In this document: one piece after another, positions 41,932-57,447 of the stretch
Layout: each line of letters starts with the position of its first letter
How positions within the stretch are numbered: the first letter of the stretch is position 1
Source of the DNA: Paraspadella gotoi
Lineage: Eukaryota > Animalia > Chaetognatha
Length of the DNA stretch: 64,000 bases
Assembly (NCBI GenBank): GCA_051294375.1
Contig: CM119264.1
Coordinates: forward strand, 18,979,590 to 19,043,589
Reading direction: 5' to 3'
Made by a program: the position numbers and the translations under genes
Notes under the pieces: model-generated
Databases searched by the model: none
Told to the model about the DNA's origin: nothing
The model's input: only the letters and a program-made list of their open reading frames with translations

Positions 41932-42418
41932 GAGCAGAAATCGACGGGGGAGAGAAAAGAGGAGAAAGAGAGAGCGAGACAGCGGGGACCAAATTAGCGT
42001 TATGCAGCGATAAGGGTATTAGGCGACAAAGCCGTGACGAGTCGTTATGACAAAATGATGCTGTGGCGTTCCGACCGCTTGGGGAAATACAACGTCGAGA
42101 TGTAAAATAACGCCGTGTGTCACAACGTGGAATGACGACGGGCGTCACGACGTTACAATCAAATAAAAAAATAATTTTGTTTTATTTGTTTCAAATGAAA
42201 TCAATGAGAAACAAATGACGATTCGTTCGAGGCCTGAGTAGGAAAATAGTCTGCTCTCTTTTTTCCTGTCATACTCTCTTTTTCCGTCTGCGATTCACTC
42301 TCTCCCTTAACTCTGTCTCTCTATAACTCACATCCCCTTCTCTATTCGTACGCCGCCGGCGAAACAACTTAAGGACGTCGATGGTTAAAGGACTGCAATT
42401 GAAAGGGGAAAAAAGGCC

Positions 42419-42546
<128 letters not shown>

Positions 42547-42725
42547 AAAGAACAAACGCAAAAATGTGGACAAATAACGCAGTGGTGAAATTGCGACGGG
42601 TGAAAAAGAGAAGAGAAGAACTAAACGGGAAAAAATTTTGAACGTGAACAGAATCAAACACAAACGATAAAGGAAAAGAGAAAAGAAAGGAGGATGGCGC
42701 AAATTCGAAAAGAAGAGCAGTTAGC

Positions 42726-42776
<51 letters not shown>

Positions 42777-43093
42777 TAGAGAAAAAGAGAAAGGGGGTTG
42801 GCAAAGAGCGAAAATAGATAGAAAGAAAATAGAATATGCAAGGGTTAGAATTAAACCAATATCCAAAGTGGGAATCAGAGAAAAAGGATTAAGAAAAAAA
42901 GAGAAACTTGCTAAAGGGAATTCTCCAGGAAAAAGTAAAGCGAAAGAAATGAATACATTTGAACTTTTTTCACTTTTGTTCCCAGTTTCTTTAGAAAAGT
43001 TTGTTTATATATGTGTCCCGTGTTCCGCGCTTTTTTTTCCTCGAGAAAAACCTGGAGACGGAGAAAAAACAAAAACGGAACGAGAGGAGAGGA

Positions 43094-43153
<60 letters not shown>

Positions 43154-43579
43154 AATAAAAGAGAAAATTGAGAAAGAAAGTTGTTTACAAGCATTCATGC
43201 CACCGTCCTCTGAGGGGCAGTTGCATTGGCGTCAACGAAGGAAAATGAAGGAACCGAGAAAAGACGCCAAATGGCGATGACGTTGACGACTGGCGAGAAG
43301 GCGGCGAGACGACGGTGCCGGCGGCGACCGTCGTGACGAAGATGACGATGGCGACGATGACAAAACGACGGCGTCAGCGTAGAACGTTCGACGTTTGCTC
43401 CATGACGATCGATAAAGCGTCATCGACTTTGTAAACGGCGATCGTTAAGCGGAGGCGAAGAAATTAACAAAGATACAGAGGCGAACTTGTTACTTCAATT
43501 CACTCCGGTTGTTTCTCTTTGACTCGGTTCTGACTTTGCATGATTCCACTCAGTTATGCTTTATTTCATTTAACCCTGA

Positions 43580-43656
43580 TCAACTATGCTCCACTATCCA
43601 AGGCCCTGCTCGACTATGCTCGACTATCCAAGACCCTGCTCGACTATGCTCGACTA
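43580..43656 (+). repeat. Short tandem repeat, 30-bp unit built from CTCGACTATG subunits
   Basis: ctatgctccactatccaaggccctgctcga / ctatgctcgactatccaagaccctgctcga / ctatgctcgact. Confidence 0.75.
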
Positions 43657-45104
43657 CTTCACTTGGCGCGACTCTAATTGTTGTTCTCCACTCTATTCTC
43701 GATTCGACTCACATCGTCTCCGCTCGACTATTCTCGACCCTCCACCTCCACGCGCCGCCAAGCGAGACCGCCTCCCACGCGAATTTATCCATCCTTTGCC
43801 AGTAGCGCGGAGAAGCAAACAGGGAAGGGAGACTGTTAATTCCTTTCTGACAGTTGAAATGGCGAAAGGAAAACGAGAAAACGGTTAATTAACTTAATTA
43901 AATAAAGTTATTTCGCTTAATAGTATAAAGTTTATGACGAGGAAAAAAAAAATCGAATATTTCAAAAGACGAAGTTCAATTTTCCACGTTCGTTATTGCC
44001 AACACAGACTTTAGGTATTAGCCGCTTATACCCAAAGAATCGGAAGGAAAAAGGAGAAACAAGCTTGTTTGATAAAAGACCGCCAGGAGCGCCGACGAAT
44101 GACGGGGGAAGCCTGATTGTGAATCTTGTTTTGTGCTTTTATAAAAAAAAAAAGAAGGCGAGAAGAAAAAAGGAAACAAGGGGAAAAAAAATTTCTTGGC
44201 TGAGGTTGTCGATATTTTTTCGTTAAAACAGGCTTCGCAGTTTCATTTCGTTTTTTCACTCGATATTTTTCGTTACGGAGCTTCGTTGTTGCCGGGACTG
44301 AGATTATACGCTAGAGAATTTTTGTTATTCAATAGGTTTTTAAAAAAAAATAAGACCTCGGTAATTTCTTACCAATTAATAATAATAAAAAATCAGCGCC
44401 CGTTTTTAGTTATAATGACGCAATGGCGTTACTGAAAAAATAACAAATAACAAATAACAAATTACAAATAAAAAACAGAAGCCGTCTTGCTTAACATTTT
44501 CTTCCATAACTTATAAATTTAACCGGGCTATCCACCCGATTAATACTAGTCTCGTTTCCCACGGCCTCGCCAGAAACCCTGCATTCCTTGTCAAGGCGTC
44601 GTTGTCCGTCATTGTTAGGCATTAGGTCCAATCCATAAATCAGTAACGATTCCGACATTCAGCCCAGGGGGAAAGTGGGTTGAGGAAATATTTCAATTTA
44701 TCCCTTCTGTTCTTATTTCTCCTCTCAAATGGGAAAAAATTTTTTTTTTGTTCTTGCATCTTCTACGTAAATCCGTTTTTTTTTCACAATTACTTTTACT
44801 TAATTTTCTCCTTTCTTTCCTGTTAACGTTTTTATTCCCGACTTAGTTGATTTTCTTTTTTTTTTTTTAATGAAAAACCTCTCAGCTTGATTTTCTCAAC
44901 ATTCCCTTTCTTTATCCTTCCTTACCTTAATTATTCCTTTTTTTCGAACCTTAATTACCTTCTTTCTAAACTTTTATTTTTGGTGCTTTAAAAAGAAGGA
45001 TCTCAATTATTCACTGAATAAATCAGTCAAGGATTTTCTGGCGGCTACTTCGGGACCGAAATCTCTCTCGAGGTGAAAAGAAGGGAAAAAAATTCGGACG
45101 CAGC

Positions 45105-45880
45105 CGGAGAAGCGATGGAGAAAAGGTAAGGGCGACGAATTTGAGGAAGGAGAAGCGATGAAGAAAAGGAAAGGGCAACGAATTAAGAAAAAGAGAAGTA
45201 AATGCCAGGAAAGGAAAGGGCAACAAATTGAGGAAAGGAGAAGCGATAGAGGAAAGGAAAGGGCAACGAATTGAGGAAAGACAAAGCCGATGGAGAAAAG
45301 GTTAAGGGCGACGAATTGAGGAAAGGAGAAGCGATGAAGAAAAGGAAAGGGCAACGAATTAAGAAAGAGAAGTAATGCAGGAAGAAAGGGCAACGAATTG
45401 AGGAAAGACAACGCGATTGGAGAAAAGGTAAGGGCGACGAATTGAGGAAAGGAGAAGCGATGGAGAAAAGGAAAGGGCGACGAATCAAGAAAAAGAGAAA
45501 TAATGGAGAAAAGGAAAGGGCGACGAATCAAGAAAAAGAGAAGTAATGGAGGAAAGGAAAGGGAGATAAATTGAGGAAAGGAGAAGTGATGTAGGAAAAG
45601 AAAAGGGCGATGGATTGAGGAAAGGAGAAGCGTTGGAGGAAAGGAAAGGGCGATGAATTGAGGAAAAGGAAGTGATGGAGGAGAGGGTGACGAATTAAGA
45701 AAAAGAGAAGTAAGGAGAAGCGATGGTAGAAAGGTAAGTGAACAAAGCAAGGAAAAGCGAAGCGATGGAGGAAAGAAAAGGGCGATGAATGGAGGAAAGG
45801 AGTAGTAATGGAGAAAAGGATAGGGCGATGAATTAAGGAAAGGAGAAGCGATGGGAGAAATGAAAAGGGCGATGAATGAA
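45105..45880 (+). repeat. Purine-rich minisatellite, unit about 42-43 bp, about 18 copies
   Basis: Unit approximately GGAGAAGCGATGGAGAAAAGGAAAGGGCGACGAATTGAGGAAA. It is the source of the repetitive minus-strand 247-aa ORF. Confidence 0.92.
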
Positions 45881-46241
45881 ATAAAAGAGCAGCAATGGAT
45901 GTGAGAAAGGGAAAGAGATGGGAAGGTAATTTATTAAAAAAATATAGGTAGAAAATAAAAGAGCAGAAATAGATTGTATGGAATAAAAGAGAAGGCCCAA
46001 AGAAATGGGTATTAGGGAAGAAAAGAGAAAAGTGAAAAATTGGAAAGGAAGACTAAGGTAGATGAAGGGAACAAAAAAGTGGCGAAGAAAGAAAAAAAAA
46101 TCGCTGGAGAATGGAGAAAGTAACATAAGATTACGTGAGGGCTTGGCGACTAGGATAAAAAGGAGAAAACTAAAAACTGAAACCAATGAAAAATATGATT
46201 ATGTGATTTAAAATCTTTATTTTATGTCTCATTTTAATGTA

Positions 46242-46706
46242 CAGTCATGTGCAAACAAATCGCGCCACTTTATTTTAGACTTTAAAAATCACGTTATATA
46301 CCTGAATTTTTTAAAAAAAATTTAAAAGTGAATTAAAGTTTATTGAAAGATGATAAGTTTGGCATAAACTTTATTAAAATCGGGCCATTCATTTAGGAGC
46401 AGTGATTTATTAAAATGAAGTACTCTACCGCAAAGCTGAACGTAAAAAAATCTGATAGATTTAAGACTCACCTTTTCCTTTAAATGATATTTTGCATTCT
46501 TTGTACAGCGTGACCATTTTCAAACCGCCGCTCGAAAAAATTCACCAAATGAAAACTTGAAAAGATTTTAACATTTTGAAAAGAGTTACTTAAAAACAAG
46601 ACATAATCATTTTTTATGTTAAACTTTTTGATAATTGATATTGTTTTGAGTCCGAATTAAGCAAATTCGATCAAAAATAAATACTTTGATAGTTTGCATT
46701 TCTTGT
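46242..46706. mobile_element. Possible AT-rich Tc1-like MITE
   Basis: Starts TA|CAGTCATGTGCAAA. Only a degenerate complementary end (tttgcatttcttg-TA) is seen near 46693-46707. Confidence 0.3.
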
Positions 46707-47728
46707 AATAGATTAAAAATGAAAAAAAATCACATTGGACATTTAAATTTACATTTACATTTAGACACATTGATTCCTTTTAAAAAAAATATAATTTTCT
46801 TATATAATTTTTTAAAAGGTTTTTATAGAACGTCTGAAATTTATAGAATGAGATAGAGCGAAATAGATATTCAGTCGTAAAACGCCCATTTGTTAATGCC
46901 ACACAACGGGCCGTGGCTATTTAATTGTTAAATCGAGAAGAAAGTGAAAAAAATTCTAGAGAATTAACGAAGGTGAGGCAAAAATTAAAAAGGAGAAAAT
47001 GAAATGGGACTATAAAAAATTGATAAAAGGAGGAAATTAAAGAAATGAATACAACGAGCAAAATTAAATGGAGGAAAAATAAAAAGACAAAAGAAAAGGA
47101 AGACAAAAATATGCGATAGACTGAAAGCGAATAGTGAGGAGGAAAGGAAAAGAAAAGACAACAAAGAAAATGGGAGGAAAGTTAAAAAAACGAGACGAAA
47201 AATAAATTGCATATTAGTAGATTTTTGGGGGTTTATAAAATAGAAGTCTTAATATTACCGTTCTCCAAACTTTTTTCCGAAAGCCACTCAGAAACAGTCA
47301 ACATTCTCATCGTGGAACTACTAAATACTCCATGCAGAATACAATATGAATTTCGCCACAGCAAATTTGACAAATGGAAGGATATTTTTTAAACAAAGTC
47401 GGGGGCAGAACATAGCATTGTGAATCATAATCAATATGAAAGTTTAAAATATGAAAAAAGAAATTAACTACAAGACTGGATTAAAAAAACAACACTCAAT
47501 ATCGTTCAGGACGAAAACGCGAGACACAAAAATAAGATATAAAGATAAATTTGAAAACAAGAAAAGAAAAAAGCTAAGAAATGATGAAGACTAAAAAAGA
47601 AAAATATTTGCTGTGATTTTTCGCATAAACCATGCATCATAAGGGATCCTCTTTCCTTCTATTAAGCCGCTTTTATATTAACCACAGCAAGAAAGGAGGA
47701 CAAAAAAAAAGAATGAGAGAGAGAGAGC

Positions 47729-47765
<37 letters not shown>

Positions 47766-48138
47766 AAGTCAGAAAGGTAAGCTTCTACAGATTAGTAATT
47801 GGTATCATGATTTGAGAGAAAAGAAGAAAGCAAAAATGGTTGAAAGATAGAAAAAGAGAGATATTCTGAGTGAGAAAAAGAGTGTGAGAGAGAGGGAGAG
47901 AATATCAATAAAATGAGGACAGCGCGGAATATCACCTGGCATATCAAAGGATTGTCTATCGGAGAGAGAGAGAGACGAACGTTTGTGCCGCTTTAATGGT
48001 TGGAACAAAGGCTGGGAGGGGATAGACGGGGGAAAAATTGAAAAGAGCAACCATTGACAGGAAAATTTAATAATGAAAGATTAAAAAGACGGGAATGAGA
48101 AGGAGCAGAGAGCGAGATGGCGAGACACAAAGCGGATT

Positions 48139-48174
<36 letters not shown>

Positions 48175-48968
48175 GAAAGGGGAGAAGGAGAAAAAAAGAG
48201 AGAATCAATTATTTTGCTTTTATGGTTTCAAGGTTTTTTCTCTGATTTCCTCGCAAGATCTGGTGGATATTAAGTTTTGTAAGTTGTAACAACGGAAAGA
48301 TGTAATAAGTCATCGGAAAAAAAACGTCTCGAAATTTGCCAATTATCGTTTCGATGCGAGAACTACACATACACGAACCATCTTTTAACCGAGTTCGCGA
48401 AAACCCGATATTTAAACCGCACCGCGTCGCCGTTTTTTTTTTTTTTTTTTTTGTTGGAATTGAAAACAAAACCGAGACGAAATCGCAAAAAAAAAAGGAT
48501 AATTTTGGTGTCTCAAGGGAAATATTTTATTTTCCTCACGAGAGGCGCAAAAAAGAATAAACAACAAATAATTCAAAAATCGCAGATAAGGGAAAAAATA
48601 AAGGAACCAAAAGAACAATGCGGAGACGAAAAAAAAATTAAACTACTTTTAAATTTAAATTAATTAAAAAAATAATAAACAAAAGATAATTGCTAATCAT
48701 TAATGACTTTGGTTTAACATAAGGCTACTTTTCTCTAAATTTCTTTGGTTTTTTGTTGTTTTTTTTTTTTTATTCTTTCCGTTTTTTAGGACTACAAACT
48801 AGGAAGCATATGGCCGAATGTCTTTATGCCTCTAATGAAAGCCTCCTCATAAACGTGGGTGATAACACTTCTTCATCTTCACAACAGAGAAAAACTGGGG
48901 AAAAGATAGAAGACACAAGCGATACATAGCGAAAGAGAGGGGAGTCAGAAAAGAAAGATAGTAGGGGA

Positions 48969-49070
<102 letters not shown>

Positions 49071-49446
49071 TATTTAATGAATAACAAAGACGGAAAGCGA
49101 AGCCAGAAAAATGCTACGACTGAGATAATGATAAATAGAGGTTTACAATTTTGCTAAGGAACACATGGCGGCAGTCGTACGTTTCTGAGGTATTATTTTA
49201 CGTTTGTTGTTTGTTATTATTAAATATAGAAAAAATAATATATTTATCCTTTTTTCTATATTTATCAACGTAAAAACCTCACAATCTGGCTAATGGTTAA
49301 AAATAAATATGGACAATAGGTTGTGGATGAAAAATTCAGCAATGGCATTAATTATGTCAGAATCTTTCGTTTTTATTTCCACAACGCGATATTTTCAGGA
49401 TATTAGCAAAACACAGAATAAATTATATTTGTTTACTCTCCCTTAC

Positions 49447-49559
<113 letters not shown>

Positions 49560-49627
49560 ATTGGATGGGAGATGCGACGATTGTTTGTCTTCAGGGGAAA
49601 GAAGAGATTAAAAGGAATAAGGGGAGA

Positions 49628-49865
49628 CGGAACAAAAAGCAAGGAGAGGAGCTTTAAAGGGAAAGGAAAATAAAAAGCAAGGAGAGGAGCTTGAAAGGCA
49701 AAGGAAAATAAAAAGCAAGGAGAGAAGCTTGAAAAGGAAAGGAAAACAAAAAGCAGGGAGAGAAGCTCTAAAGGGGAAAAAAAACAAAAGCAGGGAGAGG
49801 AGGTCGAAAGGGAAAGGAAACTAAATAGCAAGGAGAGCTCGAAAGGGAAAGAAAAACAAAAAGCA
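49628..49865 (+). repeat. Minisatellite, unit about 36 bp
   Basis: Repeated GGAAAATAAAAAGCAAGGAGAGGAGCTTGAAAGGGAAA-like units. Confidence 0.75.
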
Positions 49866-50344
49866 TTGCAAAAAACAATGAAAAAGGCGAAAAGGGAAAA
49901 GTAGGGAGAGAGGATGAAGAACAAAGGAGATTGTATAGAGACGGAGCAAGGAGGAAGAGAAGAAAAAAAAATTGAATTCAAGTAACGATAAAAAAAAAAG
50001 AAAGGATCATGAAACTACTTTCCTTTTTTTCCCTTCAGTTTCTCCTTTCGTTCAAAGTGATTGGTTTGCTATTTTTGAAGCCAGATTTTCCTCTCAATTC
50101 TCGCTTCACTCAAGTTTACCCTGGTTTAAAGTTTAAACGTAAATATTAAAAGGACCCTTACAAAATAAAGAAAAACTTTTGCTTCATCGAAACGTTGAAG
50201 AATTGAGTTTAAAAATAACCTGAACGACGACTTCAGCGACTCGGTACGAAAAAATGGAGATAATCATGATAGAAAAAAATTAACAGAAAATAAAAGAAAA
50301 AAAAGCGAAGCAGAAAAAGGTCAAAAGAAAAAAATAAAGGACAA

Positions 50345-50570
50345 GAAAAGAAAAGAAAAGATAAGATAAGATAAGATAAGATAAGATAAGATAAGATAAG
50401 ATAAGATAAGATAAGATAAGATAAGATAAAATAAGATAAAAAAAGTGAAGCAGAAAAAGGTCAAAAGAAAAGAAAAGAAAAGAAAAGAAAAGAAAAGAAA
50501 AGAAAAGAAAAGAAAAGAAAAGATAAGATAAGATAAGATAAGATAAGATAAGATAAGATAAGAAAAGAAA
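50345..50570 (+). repeat. Compound pentamer microsatellite (AAAAG)n/(AAGAT)n, duplicated block
   Basis: Two (AAAAG)n-(ATAAG)n arrays, each preceded by gaagcagaaaaaggtcaaaaga. Confidence 0.9.
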
Positions 50571-50960
50571 AAAAAAAAGAAAAAAAAAGAAAAAATTACA
50601 ATGAGGACGGCTTTCAAAATAGAAAAAGGTCTCGTAGGTAACTGATGGGAAAGAGATTAGCATCTTCCACAACGACTCCGCCGATGAGTCTCAGAAAAGT
50701 GAAAAAGTTTGGTTCACTCTTGACAAGCAATCGATGCCTAAGTTCCACAGTGACTATTATTTCCTTGAAAAACGAAGCAACGTCCCTTTGGTATCCGGGA
50801 AGAATCTGGTCGACGCGCTCACTCTCAAGGTCAGAAAAAAAAAAAGTCATAAAAAACCCATTTTAAAGAGTAATTTGTAAGCGAATGACGATGGCGTCGA
50901 CGTCGGGGACAATACGACGAAAACGATGACATTAGTATGCACTATTCACCAATCGCTTAT

Positions 50961-51109
<149 letters not shown>

Positions 51110-52226
51110 TATTTTTTCCGAACTGATAATGTTAAATCTCTGGCCAGAACGACGACGAAACGAAACGAGACGAAAAAAAACTTGGTTCACCTTTTGGTCC
51201 ATAATCCAGCACCGACGAGTCTCCCTATTTTTTTTTTCGGCCAGAAAAAAAAAAAGAGAAGATGGGGCAATCGAATCGGCTGCTCAGTTTTTCGGGGTTA
51301 TGGAGAGCCCGGCGGACGAGCGAGTTGAAAAACGATAGCGTCGAAGCTGATGGCGCTGAGAAAGACTCGTGCGGGCTCGTCAGAAAGCACGCAGGTTTTC
51401 GTTGGTGCATCTGCGCGCGCAGTGGATGGGTGGAGAGGAAACTGTTTGAAAACGAATTCTCGATTCAAATGTTAAATTAACTTTTCTCCATCGAAACACT
51501 GTTCATCTGTACGACTTTAATTCGATTTAAATTACTTTTTCCCAATGCTGGCGCTCTTCATGCAATCTTCGTATTCAGATTTGATTTAAAATTCATCTTC
51601 CAACCTCGTTGCGAGTTCTACCCTCTCGTTCTTTTGTTTAAAAAAAAAAAAAACTTCAGCGATCGCGGCGCTCGGCTTCAAAACTCATTACGGCGAAATT
51701 GATTTTTCCTTTCATTTCCGTCATAATTCTCTTCCCTAGATTTTCTCGCTTTTTTTTCGCACGGAAACGTCATTACCTCCTTCAACGTCGCAACTTTAAT
51801 TTTTCATCGACTTTGGTTCAGGAAATGAAATGGGAAATCGCTTTAAAAAATGACTCCGAAATTATTGACTCTAATTTGAATCGTGGAAGGGCACTCACCC
51901 ACGTTTATTTGAAAAAAAAAAAAATTTCATGTGAGGAAATAAATTTTTCCAGATTTCGAACCAGCGATCGTTAAAAAATATTAGGGACATTCGTGATTAC
52001 AATTCGTAGATAAATTGAAGGTTAATGGTGATTCGTGAAAAAAGATATAGCGGAAAATTCATTTCCTCTGCATATCACAATTATACATACAATATATATT
52101 TATCATTTTAACTTAAATTTTCCTTTTTCTTTTTTTTCATACGTATGCAAGGCTTTAGGATTTTGCAAACATTTTCTCCTTTGGTAGACCGGGATTCTAG
52201 GAAATAGGCAGACGGAACGTTCATAT

Positions 52227-52261
<35 letters not shown>

Positions 52262-53849
52262 CACGACTTCCTAATCGTCGTCGAATCCGCCCTTCCCAGC
52301 TTTGCGCCAGAGTCTCAAGGTCACATCTCGCTCCATAATGAGACGCACCTCATTTATGGAACCTCATTTATGGGCAGACTCCCGGAGATAAGGGGCCAAG
52401 TCAAATCGGATAATCTACTCCTCAAATCGAAGGTCCGTTTGCGGGATTAAGAATTTTTTTTTTTGTAAAAATTATTTTCGTCTCCATGGTTACGATGTGC
52501 TTCAGAAAGTTTGTGAGGGAAATAGCGCGAGGTTCTTTTGTTTTGTCCCTCTTCAAGTTACAATGATCGGAGGGCGAGTTAGTCGAATTGGCGGCGTGAA
52601 AGGGAATGCGATAAACAATTTATTAAATATATAAAGGCGCATTGGACTTCTGGTTTTAGCCAAGCTGGTTGATTGAGTGAGAAAACTTAAACGGGTAAGG
52701 TCTATCAAACTGTCAAAACGCTGTCGTCATCGGTTTCCTCAACTTCGCCCTTTCCCTCTACCGTTTTCACCGCCCCGATTTTTCTCCATCGGATCAAAGT
52801 TTCCCATCTTAAAATGGAGAAGACCTTACCTGGGAAGAACTTCACCTTAAAAGTGTCGGAACGAATTGACGAGGATATTAGGCGGGTAATGGCTCGTCTC
52901 CCCCCATTTTTGACAATCTCTTTACCCCTTTAAAGCCTTTGAAGAAACCCTTTAAAGAAGCCATCTTCTAATCTTATCTCATCACATCACATCTCATCTA
53001 TCTCTCTCTCTCTCTCTCTCCGTCTTTCCCTCTCTTTTCTTTTCTCTCTTTCTTTTTCTCTCTGGCTCTTTGGCTAATGCTTAAATTTACGTATTTAAGT
53101 ATGTATTACTATGTATTACTATGTAAGTCCGTCCATATCTGATCTTTTTATGTAACTTTAACCTAAAATCTCATCTTCTAGAAAATAAGTAGTGTCGATG
53201 TACATCGGCTGCGTGGAACTAGCGAATCAACTCGCTTTTATTAACACATGTTTTTTTTTTTCACATCGCCTCGAGGGAAGGAGGAGAAGAGGGTCTGGAC
53301 GGAGAGAAGTAAGGATGAAAAAAGAGGGAGTAGTTCAAAATTTAGTAGAAAGACCTGGATTTCAGGCGATAATTTGGGGCGGGGTCTGGAATTAAAATGA
53401 GTAGAGAGGAAAATGGGGATCTAGAGCAGAGGAAATCGGGAGCAAGATTTATATTTCATTGCCGCATGCATGAGAAGCGCAGGACGAAGGGGCTGAGTTT
53501 GAGCACAGAAGGCAGTTGAGATTAAGCGGGAGAGACGTGAGCGCGGGGAGTGGGTGTGGGAATGAACAGGTGAGGTTTAGTTAAGGGAGATTCGATTGTA
53601 TAAGATTGCCCGTCACAGGAGCTGAAGAGAGCGGGGGCGGTGGGATCCGTTGGTAAGTAGTGGGGGCGCCAGCGAGGTGGCCGTGGCGCGGGCCCGGGTT
53701 GGCGGGGGCTCGCTCGCCCGCGCCTTATGGCTCGAACGTCCCGGCGATGATGATCCTCCATTTCAAAGGGCCACGCGTAAGGGAAATATTTCTGATCATT
53801 GTGTTGCTGCCACTCGGAGATTTTTGCTGTGAAAAGAACAACATCCAGG

Positions 53850-53907
<58 letters not shown>

Positions 53908-54995
53908 AAACAACATGGGTGGGAACCGGCGTTTACGACAGAGGGCTTTGAGGGCGGAAAGCGAAAGTGAGAGGGATACCGAGAGAAACTCTCTCTCGAT
54001 GTGAAAACGAAAAACATTACGGCAGCATTGATATCGTTCGTTTATTATTTGAGAGAAGACTTTTTGGTATTAATGTTGAAGGAAATCGTCCCAGGGGAGT
54101 TTGATATTTTGGTAAAAATTTCAGAGTGAGCGGTGGGGAGGGTTGAGAATGGGTACAGAAGGATGTTTGGGTATTGCGAAAAAAGAGAGGAGAGAAGCGA
54201 GGTTGATGTCAAGGCTGAAGAGCTTTTTCCCAAGGAGAGAGAGTTGGAGCGGGCCGTTGGAAAGAAGGCGATGGAGGGAGGGGGCCCGGGAAGGAAAGAA
54301 GGGCGGGCGGCCGCCTCCGGACTCGAATCGCAAACTGCAAGCGTTTCAAAAAAACAAGATCACCGCCGCAGTTTGATGCGAGAGAATTCGAAAAGGCAGG
54401 CATCCCTTCCCATCAACGTCGAGGAGGTTGGGCGAAGGAGCTCTTCGTAAAGTTGAAGAGGGGAGAAAAGAGAAAGGGAAAATTTAGAAGGAGAAGGGAG
54501 TTCATAGGGACTGGATTGTAAGATACATTCAAAGCGTTAGGCTTTTTTCGAGAGGGATTAGGGGAGGCTGAAAAGAAGGGGCGAACCCTGGGGAATGTTG
54601 GCCGGACGAATGGCAGGAACGAGATTGAATGCATATTGGGGAGGGGTAGGCGGGGGGGAGGTTGCTGAGACGATTCGGGCTGAAGTGAATGGAAAGGAGA
54701 ACGAACCCTTTCTCGAGAGGGTTAACCGAATCCATCTAGTGAGGTTGACATTCGATGTCGAACGCTGCCATGCGATTTGCAGCTTACCCGCTGCGTACCG
54801 TCTCACTTCCCAAGTCAATACCCACCTTTTCAGGTTCTTGAATTACACAAAAATCACCTATATTTAGTACATCTACTCTCACTCATCAAAGAAAAAAATC
54901 ACTACTTCGAAAAACTACGCCAATCCCTTCTTCCTTGATCAGGGAGCAGAGCCTTTTCTGTATCACCCGCTTCTTAATCACCTCCCGTCTCTTAA

Positions 54996-55180
54996 TCACC
55001 TTCCGATCTCGATCGCCAAGAGCACCCCCCTTCTTTTTGCGCGCTCTTTTGAAGGAAAAAAAAAGAGAAAATCTCGGCGATTTACCAACAGAGAATCGGA
55101 TTGGAAAAAAAAAGAGGTGACCCATTTTGACCCGGAGACATTAACGCAGACAATCATTACGGGGGACGGGGTCGAGAGGT
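54996..55180 (-). mobile_element. Degenerate LINE endonuclease N-terminus
   Basis: MIVCVNVSGS...KRRGVLLAI resembles the APE motifs NVxGL and RGVAIL. Confidence 0.35.
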
Positions 55181-56155
55181 GGGGGTGAACTGGGTTAAGA
55201 AGAGGGGAAGAATGTGGGAAGGGAGATTTACTAATTGCGTGGAAGGAGGGTAGGAAGGTGGCGTCGGTTGATGTCAAGGGGAAGGGGCCCCGTTGGCGAA
55301 GAAAACGAAGGTGATTGGCGGGATTATGAAAGAGCTTTATGCTGTGATTGGCGGGGGATTGAAGGACTATGAATTTTAGAAGTAGGGGTCGTCGAGGCGC
55401 AGTTGACGGGAGGAAATTTGAAAAAAAAGGAGTATTGAAAAAGTGTTGAAGACTAGAGAAGAATTAGGGTGAATGGGAGGTGAAAAAAACGGGTCAGTGT
55501 TAAATGGAGGCAGACCGATGACCCAGTGAAGAAAAACTATTAAAAATGTTCGACAGGCAGCTAAGGGAAGAGAATAAGAACCGCTGACTGAAGGAAAAAG
55601 CAGAAATGGGGGGAGGAAAGTTAATTTTTTTATTATATTATGTTTTAGGTCAGTAATTAAAAACATATTATTCTACAGTAACAAGATAAGGCTGTCTCTC
55701 TTTAGTTATTGAAGATACAACTGTTATACGTAAATAAATGGTGAAAAGGCAAAAAGGTTTCGAGAAAACGAAAGAGAAAATTTGAGTCAGAAACTTGGAG
55801 AGAGACGCTGAACTCTGAAGAGGTTTTTTTTTAGCCAAAACCTCTCCTTGAGTCGATGAAGTGAGATGGAGAGAAGGAAGAGTGAGAAGGGGCGGGTTTG
55901 GAGGCAGGGAGGAGTTAAGGTAGACATTTCACCGTGAAAAAAATCTGGAAAATAGGGGGTCATCTTAGGTGGAGAGGGTTTAAGGCAGAGAAGGAGAGAG
56001 AGAGAGAGATAAGTGTCAGGGACAGACACAGAGCGAGATAGAGAAAAAAAGGAGTGAAGTGAAAAAAAAACATGCTCCTCACCAACTTCGCTGCCGAAGG
56101 AGTTAATGATCGGGATCGGACTCAAGTTGCTTCTGATGGGCGGCAAATTAAAAAG

Positions 56156-56240
<85 letters not shown>

Positions 56241-57074
56241 TCAAGCGTCTCTCATCGCCCGAAAAAAAGTAACTCGTTTATGGCATGCGGTTCATGGGGC
56301 GAAAAAAGAAAATTAAAGACCTGCTGGCCCAGCAGTGCTGGGTGAACTGAAAAAAAGAAGAAAGTACATATTTACGTAAGTAACATTATATTTAAGCAAG
56401 CCTTCCTGTCATTGTTTTTGTTTCTCTTTTTCTTTGTTTTTATACTCATGTAATCATGTTGTTGTTAGTTGTTAGTTGTTAGTTTTCGATTGTGCCGTTA
56501 CGGCAAAATCAACTGGTCGTCTCAAATTCCCGGGTTCGATAACCGTGTTTATCGGGCATCCTTTGTATTTAATGATAACAAAGTAACAAAGATAAGTACG
56601 ATAAAGCCCTCGATAATATTTAGTAGAAGTTTTCTCTAATTTTGAGATAATTTTTATTTTCATTAAAACATTTAAAAACCTAAACAATTAATATTTTGAA
56701 GCCAAAAAGGAAAAGAAACAGCTGCCGCTGGTTGGGGCGAGCGAGATAATTAAAGCGGCCCATCCGGTTTCGAGAGAGAATTCCTCCCAAGATTCGGTGA
56801 CTTCAATTTGGAGAAAGATGAACGATGGGAGATGTGAGATTGAAGAAGAGTTGACAAGCCTTCATTTGCCTTTTTCAATCCAATGATATATCAATTTCCT
56901 GTTGCATATAATGTAAAACGCTAACTAGTAGTATTTTTTATTTTTTTCACGCGTTTTTTGAGTTTCTAAAAACACAGAAAACAGTTCCGAGCGAAAGACA
57001 TCCCATATGCGCAGAATCTTCCCTTGAAGCGACGGACGCTTGTAAAAAAGTTGTTAAAAGAAGGGAACTCGGGG

Positions 57075-57162
<88 letters not shown>

Positions 57163-57311
57163 AAGAAAGAAAAGGGAGCAAGAGATAGCGAGGGAAAAGT
57201 CTCTTGTTAATGGGAGATGCTGACGGCAGAACACCGAAAAGTTAAGCATCATGAGAGTAAAAAGGGAGGGAAAAAGGAAAAGAAAAAATTTTTAAAAAAA
57301 ATCAAAAAGAT

Positions 57312-57447
<136 letters not shown>

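Noticed and set aside
45007-45750. 247-aa minus-strand ORF
   Set aside because: It is simply the open frame of the 42-43 bp minisatellite.
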